DNA of 34,594 nucleotides from Alphaproteobacteria bacterium. Its GTDB lineage: Bacteria; Pseudomonadota; Alphaproteobacteria; Rs-D84. The position numbers were made by a program, and so were the translations under genes. Numbering within the stretch: position 1 is the first letter of the stretch; each line of letters starts with the position of its first letter. Below the pieces are notes generated by a model. It ran no database searches. It worked only from the letters and a program-made list of their open reading frames with translations, and was not told where the DNA came from. Location: assembly GCA_017616975.1 (NCBI GenBank), contig JAFZXC010000037.1, positions 1-34,594 on the forward strand, given 5' to 3'. Shown piece by piece: positions 27,362 to 34,594 of this stretch.

Positions 27362-27847
27362 CTATAAACCCCTGCCCTTAAATCCGCGCATCACAGATTG
27401 ACGCATAATTGCACGAATTCCCAATCTTTGTCTTTTTATTTGTTTCACTGCACCCAATTCTTTTCTTATGTGTTCTACTTCGCAACTCTTTTTGTCGTGC
27501 AGCTGCTGTTGTTCCAAACGTTCGTTTTCCGCATAGTTTTTTGACCGGGCAAGCGATAACAATTCACAGAACAAATCAAACCTTTTCTGTTGTGTTGCTG
27601 ATTTCGGGTCAGACTTGCAATTCATCATTTTGGTTTCAAAGCCAATTTTATCTATAATAACAAGTTCCATTTTACGTATATCAAATGAAACATTTATTTT
27701 ATCAAGATGATAAATCTCGCAAGTTGCCCGCACTTCACAGGAAATCCATTTAGATTGCTTGAATTGTTTATCCAAATCGGCAAAGAACTTTTCTTCTGCC
27801 TGTAAGTTTTTGTCCTCTGCCAAAGTATCATTAATAATAAATACCAT
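27362..27847 (-). CDS. Orphan protein, paralog A of a tandem pair
   Basis: Aligns by eye with 27942..28397; start is ATG 27847 or TTG 27853. Confidence 0.7.
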   Translation of the reverse strand: MVFIINDTLAEDKNLQAEEKFFADLDKQFKQSKWISCEVRATCEIYHLDKINVSFDIRKMELVIIDKIGFETKMMNCKSDPKSATQQKRFDLFCELLSLARSKNYAENERLEQQQLHDKKSCEVEHIRKELGAVKQIKRQRLGIRAIMRQSVMRGFKGRGL

Positions 27848-27908
27848 AAACAACCCTTTTCTTTTGACTATACTACCATATTGTAAAAAAGCAAATGTTA
27901 GTAAAATA

Positions 27909-27933
27909 AAAAAAACGGGCGTGATGCCCGTTT
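27909..27933 (-). terminator. Terminator between the paralogs
   Basis: AAACGGGC-GTGAT-GCCCGTTT with a T-tract on the minus strand. Confidence 0.8.
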
Positions 27934-27941
27934 AACTGAAA

Positions 27942-28397
27942 CTATAAACTTTTTATTTTATCAAGAACTTTTGCTCTTGCTGCGTTTTCCATTTCTTCTT
28001 TTTTGCGTTCTGCTATGCGCATATCATTGGTTAGTTTCATTTTCTTTGAAGCGTCTTGTAATTTTTTCTGTTTTTCAACTCTTCTATTATACTCGTCACG
28101 CACAAAGCTCAACAATTCAGAGAACTTTCTAAATTTGTATTTCTGTAATTCATCATTTGAAAACTCACAATTTTCAACGACAACGATTTTACCAGAATGG
28201 TCCTGGACCCGAATTACACTGTTTATAACATCAAACTCGATTCCCATTGTATCCAGAATATAAAACTCTGAATTTTTCTTTACTTCTTTCTCGATTCTTT
28301 TAGAACCATCTATTTTTTGAGTCAACAAAACAAAGAATTTGCGTATATCACGCAACTGTTTTGTAAAAATAATTGATATATAAAAACCAATACCCAT
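27942..28397 (-). CDS. Orphan protein, paralog B of a tandem pair
   Basis: ATG 28397 with AAAAGGA RBS; shares motifs with paralog A. Confidence 0.7.
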   Translation of the reverse strand: MGIGFYISIIFTKQLRDIRKFFVLLTQKIDGSKRIEKEVKKNSEFYILDTMGIEFDVINSVIRVQDHSGKIVVVENCEFSNDELQKYKFRKFSELLSFVRDEYNRRVEKQKKLQDASKKMKLTNDMRIAERKKEEMENAARAKVLDKIKSL

Positions 28398-28517
28398 CGA
28401 TAATCCTTTTATTTTACGTACTTTCTGCAGATTATACAAAAGAAAACCACAAAATCAAGTAATCGAAAAATCTGCTTGATATTTAGGAAACAACACTGTA
28501 ATATATGCGTTGCGTTG

Positions 28518-28593
28518 GCCAGTTTAGCTCAGCTGGTAGAGCATCTGATTTGTAATCAGAGGGTCGTTGGTTCAAGTCCGACAACTGGCACCA
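28518..28593 (+). tRNA. tRNA-Thr (TGT)
   Basis: GCCAGTT/AACTGGC acceptor stem, TCTGA-TTTGTAA-TCAGA anticodon arm, CCA; 76 nt. Confidence 0.97.
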
Positions 28594-28598
28594 GAAAT

Positions 28599-28631
28599 AA
28601 AAACACCGCCCAATCGGGCGGTGTTTGTTTT
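28599..28631. terminator. Bidirectional terminator (CGCCC-AAWC-GGGCG family)
   Basis: AAACACCGCCC-AATC-GGGCGGTGTTT. Confidence 0.88.
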
Positions 28632-28641
28632 AAAAATTTTC

Positions 28642-29433
28642 TTATTCTTCGGTTTCTTGTTTTTCGGCCTCTTTGGCGGAATCGATTGCATCTTGAACCT
28701 TGGCTGCGGTTTCAATTTGCAGCAATTGGTTCTCTAACGCTGTCCGCTCGGACGATTTATAACCCGTTTCCACAGGCGGTTTTTCCGCATTCTGGGGCTT
28801 GGCCGTGTCATCAGTATTTTCTGGCTTCGCCCCGGGTTTATCGTTGCCTTTATTTGCAACCGCCGGATTTATCAGGTTCTTGTAAATTTCCAGTGCCTCA
28901 TGCGTGCCGGCCATATCACGTGCCAACAATTTGTTTTCACGTCCCGGGACAAACCATTCGTCCAGTTTTACCGCCGCCACCTGCATAATTGGGCGTGTGC
29001 GTGCATTGGAAAGCCACGTTGGCAACATCGGCGAATCAGAATAATACCACAACGCCCCCCAGTATATAACCCCCATTATTACGATGCCACGCACAACACC
29101 GAAAATCACCCCCAGTGTCTTATCTGTGACATTCATAATACTGTCTTGAATCCAATCACGTAATTTTTGATTAAAAAATCCAACAACGATTAAAATCGCA
29201 AAGAAAATTATGAAATACGATGCAACCAACGTTCCAACCGTCGATTCCGCCAGTCCAAACCAACTTTGCAACCAACCATCAACCATTGGCGAAGCAAATC
29301 GTGCCGCCACCGCAGCAACAACCCACGACAATGTCGCAATCGTTTCATATACACCGCCACGAATCGTTGCCCAAACCGTAGACACAAAAACGATGGCGAT
29401 GTATATATAATCAAGAACCGTTAAATCAAACAT
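28642..29433 (-). CDS. cvpA: CvpA family membrane protein with C-terminal extension
   Basis: LDYIYIAIV...RGGVYE...SWVVA, DKTLGVIFGVVRG, alphaproteobacterial-like GYKSSERTALENQL tail. Confidence 0.85.
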   Translation of the reverse strand: MFDLTVLDYIYIAIVFVSTVWATIRGGVYETIATLSWVVAAVAARFASPMVDGWLQSWFGLAESTVGTLVASYFIIFFAILIVVGFFNQKLRDWIQDSIMNVTDKTLGVIFGVVRGIVIMGVIYWGALWYYSDSPMLPTWLSNARTRPIMQVAAVKLDEWFVPGRENKLLARDMAGTHEALEIYKNLINPAVANKGNDKPGAKPENTDDTAKPQNAEKPPVETGYKSSERTALENQLLQIETAAKVQDAIDSAKEAEKQETEE

Positions 29434-29453
29434 GTTTTGATTTCACCAAATGT

Positions 29454-30023
29454 TTATTTTTTCTTGTTACCACTGCCTGTCAACACGAATCCCAGTCCTG
29501 CGACCAATGCGATCAAGAAAACATAAAACCAAATTGACGATCCACCATCAGTTTTTTTTTGTGGTTCTGCAGCAACGACATATTCGCTGATTGCGTTCGT
29601 GCGGTCTGCGTGTTCCGTCTTGAAAGCATCAGCATCTTTTTCCATTGCCGCCTTGTTTTCTGCGGCTGTCGCCTTTGCGGCATCGTCTAAATCAACTTCG
29701 ATTGCATCACGCAATTCTTGTTGCATACTGTCGCCATATCCCTGGAAGCACTTTTCACCAATAACCAACACTGGAACGCCACCAGATTCATATTTGCACT
29801 TTTTCAATGCACCTTCGAAAGTTGGACGATTTGCTTCTTCGAAAACATTAACTTCTGTCACCTTCAATTCTGGATATTCATAAATCAAATTACTGGAAAT
29901 AAATTCACGTGCGTGATGACAATGTGGGCATGTCGGCGAATAATAAATTGTAATATCAGCCCCCGATGCCGCACCCATTAATGCAACACCACACAATGCA
30001 GATAAAATTGATAATGTTTTCAT
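29454..30023 (-). CDS. Exported thioredoxin/glutaredoxin-fold protein with C-terminal membrane anchor
   Basis: ATG 30023 with AAGGAG RBS; signal peptide, YYSPTCPHC, GVP cis-Pro loop, C-terminal TM plus KKK. Confidence 0.85.
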   Translation of the reverse strand: MKTLSILSALCGVALMGAASGADITIYYSPTCPHCHHAREFISSNLIYEYPELKVTEVNVFEEANRPTFEGALKKCKYESGGVPVLVIGEKCFQGYGDSMQQELRDAIEVDLDDAAKATAAENKAAMEKDADAFKTEHADRTNAISEYVVAAEPQKKTDGGSSIWFYVFLIALVAGLGFVLTGSGNKKK

Positions 30024-30156
30024 GATTATTTTCTCCTTTTGTTTTGTATGATGATTATAGAAAATATATTTTATTTCTCGCAAGTGCTTTTTATAAAACA
30101 TATAAAAAATTTTTGCCGATGTGATATAATAAAAACAATAACATGGAGACAAAGCA

Positions 30157-31092
30157 ATGAAAGTATCAATAATTGGAATTGGTTCTGTGGGTTCGGCTGT
30201 TGCCACTGCGGTAAAAAACACCGGACTTGTTCACGAAATCGTTTTGTTTGATATCGATGGTGTGCGTGCACGTGCCAGTGCCGAAGACTTGGGGCACGCC
30301 GCGGCCTTTTCATATGATGTAAAAATCACTGCGGCAAGTAATTATCGTGCTATACGTGGTTCTGAAATCGTTATTATATCCGCAGGTGCAAATCAAAAGC
30401 CCGGTGAAACACGTATGGATTTGTTGCACAAAAATGCGGCCGTAATAAGTGATATTGTTCCACGTGTAATGGCCAACGTAGATTCTAAAACCGTAAAACT
30501 TGTTATTGTGACAAACCCACTGGATGTGATGGTTATGTTGGCCCAGAAATTATCACGCCTGCCTGCATCACGTGTTATTGGTACGGGAACCATGCTGGAT
30601 TCGGCACGTCTGCGTGTAATTTTATCACGATCACTTGCCGTATCGCCACAATCTGTGAATGCATATGTCCTTGGCGAACACGGCGACAGCAGTTTTGTTG
30701 CATGGACATCTGCAACGATTGGCGCAATTGCATTAAATGATTTCTGCAAGCAAACGAAAACCCCAATGACCCAAAACACACGTGCAACAATTGAACGTCG
30801 TGTTCAAACTGCCGCATATGAAATTATTCGTGGACGTGGCGCAACATGGGATGGTATTGCGGGTGCTGTTGCAGACCTTATTCGCAGTATCATAAACGAC
30901 GAAAACCGTATACTGACCGTCAGTACCGTTGATGGAATTGGTAAAAAAGCGGTAGCTGTATCCATGCCACGTATCGTAGGCAAAGCTGGGGCAACAAAAA
31001 CACTTGTTCCGCAAATGGATAAAAATGAATCTGCGGGGTTGCGACGCAGCAGCGCAATTGTTCGAAAAAATTTCGATTTAATTGGGAAATAA
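30157..31092 (+). CDS. ldh: L-lactate dehydrogenase
   Basis: GIGSVG, AGANQKPGETR (Gln specificity residue of LDH), NPLD, LDSAR, GEHGDS. Confidence 0.88.
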   Translation: MKVSIIGIGSVGSAVATAVKNTGLVHEIVLFDIDGVRARASAEDLGHAAAFSYDVKITAASNYRAIRGSEIVIISAGANQKPGETRMDLLHKNAAVISDIVPRVMANVDSKTVKLVIVTNPLDVMVMLAQKLSRLPASRVIGTGTMLDSARLRVILSRSLAVSPQSVNAYVLGEHGDSSFVAWTSATIGAIALNDFCKQTKTPMTQNTRATIERRVQTAAYEIIRGRGATWDGIAGAVADLIRSIINDENRILTVSTVDGIGKKAVAVSMPRIVGKAGATKTLVPQMDKNESAGLRRSSAIVRKNFDLIGK

Positions 31093-31094
31093 TC

Positions 31095-31117
31095 AAATGG
31101 GGCAAACGCCCCATTTT
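31095..31117 (+). terminator. Terminator after ldh
   Basis: AAATGGGGC-AAAC-GCCCCATTTT. Confidence 0.8.
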
Positions 31118-31189
31118 GTTTGGCATACAATCATATTTATATTGCAAAAAACGGATGCTATGATTTTTCACAAGGCATAGGGGAAAATC

Positions 31190-31489
31190 ATGGACGACAA
31201 AATCACATACACACCATTTTCACACGGCAATGGTTTTTACGCATATTGTGATGGACACCAAATTGGAAAAATAACATTTATTCGCACAGGCCCCAATGCA
31301 GTTATTATTGACCATACCGAAGTCGATGATAAATATCAAAATAGCGACGTTGAATTAAACCTTGTTCGGTGCGTATGCAGACTTGCCCGGGAACAGCATC
31401 GCAATGTATTACCCATTTGTCCCATTGCACGCAATATGTTTATTCGATACCCAGAATTTGACGACGTACGAATGCTTCGCACCCGATAA
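31190..31489 (+). CDS. Small GNAT-fold protein, YjdJ family
   Basis: IIDHTEVD...LV...ARE...VLPICP.A; the usual GxGxG loop is replaced by NSDVE. Confidence 0.8.
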   Translation: MDDKITYTPFSHGNGFYAYCDGHQIGKITFIRTGPNAVIIDHTEVDDKYQNSDVELNLVRCVCRLAREQHRNVLPICPIARNMFIRYPEFDDVRMLRTR

Positions 31490-31516
31490 AAAAAATGGGG
31501 CATCGCCCCATTTTTT
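31490..31516. terminator. Bidirectional terminator
   Basis: AAAAAATGGGGC-ATC-GCCCCATTTTTT. Confidence 0.85.
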
Positions 31517-32789
31517 ATTTCAACGCATCAATTGTCTTTATTACATCTGCTATCACAGAATCAACATTAAATGACGACGCAAGAGATGTGGTATCATAGT
31601 TATTTACACGATATTTAACCTCTATTTTGTTATCGGCAAGATTTTTGGCCGAAACAATCAAACGTATCGGTGCAGCAATCAAATCTGCATCTGCAAATTT
31701 TTCACCAGCACGAGCATCCCGATTATCAAGTAACACCTCTATACCATTTGTGCGTAAATCATTATAAATTTGCTCTGCCAATTCGATTGTTTTACCTTCC
31801 TTATCAGCAAGACCGATAACTTCGACAGCAAATGGCGCTGTTTCCATGTTCCAAACGGGCCCATATTCATCTGCACTTTCTTCAATAATCGCCGCCATTG
31901 TACGTCCAACACCAATTCCATAGCATCCCATAATTGGATTCTTGGTTGAACCGTCTGGTGCGGTATAAGTAAGATTCATCGATTCAGAATACTTTGTTCC
32001 CAATTGGAAAATATTACCAATTTCAATACCACGCACAGAACGCATTTTCGCACTACAATGTGGACACTTTTCATTGTCCCCGACGACTTCTTTATTTGCA
32101 TTAAAACCACATTTATCACACAGATAAATAGTATCTTCACCCATTTCGTTAACAAGCTGAAATTCGTGTGCAACACTGCCACCCATGTCGCCAGTAGCAG
32201 ATAACACATGTACAACGTTTTTAAGCCCACAACGACGAAATACATTATGATATGCATTTAAACATCTGTCGTAATACTTTTGTAAATCTTCAACCGTTTC
32301 ATGAAAAGAATAAGCATCTTTCATAATAAACTCACGTGTACGAATAAGGCCTGCACGTGCACGCAATTCATCACGGAATTTTGTTTGAATCTGATACACC
32401 ATGAACGGCATTTGACGATATGTTTCCAAAACACTTTTCACAAAATCAACAACAACTTCTTCGTGCGTTGGGTTCAACACATATTCAACACCTGCACGAC
32501 TTTTAAATTTTGCCAAAACATCAACCTTGTCATAACGGCCACTTTCACGCCAAAGATCTGCTGTTGAAACCACAGGCATCAAAATTTCTTGACCATCAAT
32601 TTTATTCATCTCGTCACGAATGATGTTTTCAATATTTTGAATCACACGCCAACCCAACGGTGAAAAAGTGTATCCACCCTGGAACGTTTGGTGAATATAA
32701 CCACCCTTAATCGCAATTTTGTGTCCACGTGTAGTCGCCCCAGCAACATCACCAATTAAACGCTTTACACATAAATTTTCTATTTTCAT
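31515..32789 (-). CDS. proS: Proline--tRNA ligase, bacterial type without full editing domain
   Basis: LWRESGR, PTHEE, YQIQTKFRDE.R, REFIMKDAYSF, GIEIGNIFQLGTKYS, MGCYGIGVGR. Confidence 0.95.
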   Translation of the reverse strand: MKIENLCVKRLIGDVAGATTRGHKIAIKGGYIHQTFQGGYTFSPLGWRVIQNIENIIRDEMNKIDGQEILMPVVSTADLWRESGRYDKVDVLAKFKSRAGVEYVLNPTHEEVVVDFVKSVLETYRQMPFMVYQIQTKFRDELRARAGLIRTREFIMKDAYSFHETVEDLQKYYDRCLNAYHNVFRRCGLKNVVHVLSATGDMGGSVAHEFQLVNEMGEDTIYLCDKCGFNANKEVVGDNEKCPHCSAKMRSVRGIEIGNIFQLGTKYSESMNLTYTAPDGSTKNPIMGCYGIGVGRTMAAIIEESADEYGPVWNMETAPFAVEVIGLADKEGKTIELAEQIYNDLRTNGIEVLLDNRDARAGEKFADADLIAAPIRLIVSAKNLADNKIEVKYRVNNYDTTSLASSFNVDSVIADVIKTIDALK

Positions 32790-32800
32790 TTTTACTTCTC

Positions 32801-33628
32801 TTACTTTGTTGCGTGTTTATCTTTTAATTCCATATATTTTTCAGAAACCATATTGCCAACCTTTTCTGCAATTTGTTTTCTGTTTAAACCCTTTAAATCT
32901 GGCGTGGGCAAGACGGTGAATTCAATCATCATCCCGCCAAGCATCATAACATGATACAGTTGTCCAAATGCACTGCGTTCACGTTCTGCCAACGGCCCCA
33001 TATCCATTTTAGCATTTGAAAAATATGCATAATGATTTGCCATATCTTCGGGCGAAATCACATCACCATTACGGAAACGATAATTCACAACAACCGGTTG
33101 AACAGGTATATCGGTTCCTTCGATAACATTGAACAACGCACTTTTGAACGGTTTTACATATGCGCCATTTGTTGTGGTTCCTTCGGGAAAAACGAAAAGC
33201 GGATATTTTATCGTCGCCAAAGTTTTTTGAACCGTGTTCAATGCAGTTGTCGCCGTTGATGGATTACGATCAACAAAAATCACACCGAATTTTTTTGCGA
33301 CCCAACCAACGATTGGCCAACTGGCAACTTCTTTTTTGGCAATAAGGCTTCCACCAAACGCCACTGGGAACATTGCGATTTCAAATACCGATATATGATT
33401 AGACACAACCAACAACGGTCTGTCTTTGACCAATTTGCCGTGCACACGAACCTTGACACTGGATATAACTTGCAAGAACCACATAAACACACGCATATAT
33501 GCAACCGAAACACGGCCACGGGGCAACAACAGTATTATTGGTGTTTGAACAACAACCATAAACCAAAACAACCCCATGCGAATTCCGCCAGTAATCGTGT
33601 TAAAAATGTTTTGTTTGCGTACCGCCAT
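32801..33628 (-). CDS. PlsC-family acyltransferase (OlsA-like)
   Basis: VSNHISVFE (HxxxxE variant), AKKEVASWP, FVDR, FPEGTT; directly downstream of an olsB-like gene. Confidence 0.85.
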   Translation of the reverse strand: MAVRKQNIFNTITGGIRMGLFWFMVVVQTPIILLLPRGRVSVAYMRVFMWFLQVISSVKVRVHGKLVKDRPLLVVSNHISVFEIAMFPVAFGGSLIAKKEVASWPIVGWVAKKFGVIFVDRNPSTATTALNTVQKTLATIKYPLFVFPEGTTTNGAYVKPFKSALFNVIEGTDIPVQPVVVNYRFRNGDVISPEDMANHYAYFSNAKMDMGPLAERERSAFGQLYHVMMLGGMMIEFTVLPTPDLKGLNRKQIAEKVGNMVSEKYMELKDKHATK

Positions 33629-33633
33629 ATCAA

Positions 33634-34594
33634 TTATTCCGCATCGTTTTCATTATCTCTGTCTTCGACATATTCGGCATCTTCGGCATCTTCACGCAGG
33701 AAGAATTTGACAACCGAACCCAAAACCTTTAATGGACCGGTCACTGGGAACAAAACAATTTTACCGATTGTTTTAACCGCACCATCATCAATATCCACAT
33801 CTAAATCTTCAAGTGCATTTTCACGACCCAAAAAGTGTTTTTGATATGTTGCACTGATATTTTTTGTCTGCAACGTCACGAACACATCATACGTATTGAA
33901 ATTCTTGTCAACGAAAACCCCCTTACCGAAATCGGCGCCGATACGCAGATACCCCTTGATAAGTGGAGGCATTTGACGCAACGCTTCTTCTTCGTCGACA
34001 AATTCCCGTGGCATAATGTTCATCCGTGCAAGTCCCGGATTAATGCTTTCGTGGAAATTTTCTGTCAACACCGTTGCACGCAACCGAGCCGGTGCCAAAC
34101 GGTTATAATAAAGATATGAAATTGCATGCGCCGACAATCCCGGCTTTTGACCAACCCACGACGCAACACCGAATAGAACACGCACCTTGCGACGTAAAAC
34201 GTATTCCGACAATCCCGCCCAAAGCAGACGCATAACCAATGCATTATCACGATACCGAACATCAACGCATGCACGTGACATTTCAGCAATGTTGCCACGC
34301 ACTTTTTTTATTTTTGAAATGTTATATTCACATTCGGTATAAAAACTGCCCATTTTTTCGGCGGCCGCACGATCAATGATACGATAACAACCGACAACCT
34401 TGCCTTCGTGAAACACCGCCATATATTCAGCAAAACGATCAAAGCCATCGTATTCTTCACGAAGATTTCTTTGTTCTTCGGTTGCAAATGCGCCCTCTTC
34501 TTCACAGAAAACAGCATACCGCAACGCACGAACTTGACGACGTTCTTCTTTGTTTTTGGTTAATCGAACTTCATAATCACGAACCTTGATAGCC
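33634..34594 (-). CDS. OlsB-like N-acyltransferase (GNAT; start just outside the window)
   Basis: Frame is open to the window end: AIKVRDYEVRLTKNKEERRQVRALRYAVFCEE.GA; D.FD, VVGCYR, FYTECEY, EMSRACV..YR, LLWAGL, PPLIKGYLRIGA. Confidence 0.85.
   Translation of the reverse strand, partial: AIKVRDYEVRLTKNKEERRQVRALRYAVFCEEEGAFATEEQRNLREEYDGFDRFAEYMAVFHEGKVVGCYRIIDRAAAEKMGSFYTECEYNISKIKKVRGNIAEMSRACVDVRYRDNALVMRLLWAGLSEYVLRRKVRVLFGVASWVGQKPGLSAHAISYLYYNRLAPARLRATVLTENFHESINPGLARMNIMPREFVDEEEALRQMPPLIKGYLRIGADFGKGVFVDKNFNTYDVFVTLQTKNISATYQKHFLGRENALEDLDVDIDDGAVKTIGKIVLFPVTGPLKVLGSVVKFFLREDAEDAEYVEDRDNENDAE

Noticed and set aside
28476-28988. 170-aa plus-strand ORF
   Set aside because: Runs through tRNA-Thr, a terminator and the antisense of cvpA; spurious.
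1-34594. CRISPR array, integron cassette array, IS or prophage
   Set aside because: No regularly spaced repeats, attC-like sites, transposase, integrase or phage genes were found by eye; the repeated hairpins sit at gene ends.

Overview
AT-rich chromosomal window of mostly housekeeping genes from what looks like a compact, anaerobic/fermentative alphaproteobacterium. The alphaproteobacterial call is inferred from zauP-zapA, map-radC adjacency, an alpha-type HTH motif and olsBA; the anaerobic call from class III RNR, LDH and a clostridial-type ferredoxin. It is possibly an uncultured gut lineage such as Rs-D84, which cannot be verified here. Core content: tRNA-Leu/Ser/Thr, rpmG, parC, zapA, radC, map, holA, lptE, an acyl-CoA synthetase, nrdD(split)-nrdG, lgt, yccA, an alpha2-type GlyRS, two outer-membrane barrels, a U32 protein, cvpA, ldh, proS and olsBA-like genes, interspersed with orphan ORFs. 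No integrase, transposase, prophage or CRISPR array was seen. Most notable: (1) the tRNA-Ser locus has a structured leader with a 5-codon uORF and a downstream ~200-bp element carrying both a direct and an inverted copy of the tRNA 3' end, which could fold into a CCA-ended tRNA-like RNA; (2) a class III RNR whose glycyl-radical domain is a separate 61-aa gene; (3) an acidic disordered protein ending in an FtsZ-tail-like peptide, divergent from zauP-zapA-parC. All calls come from reading motifs by eye; no searches were run.
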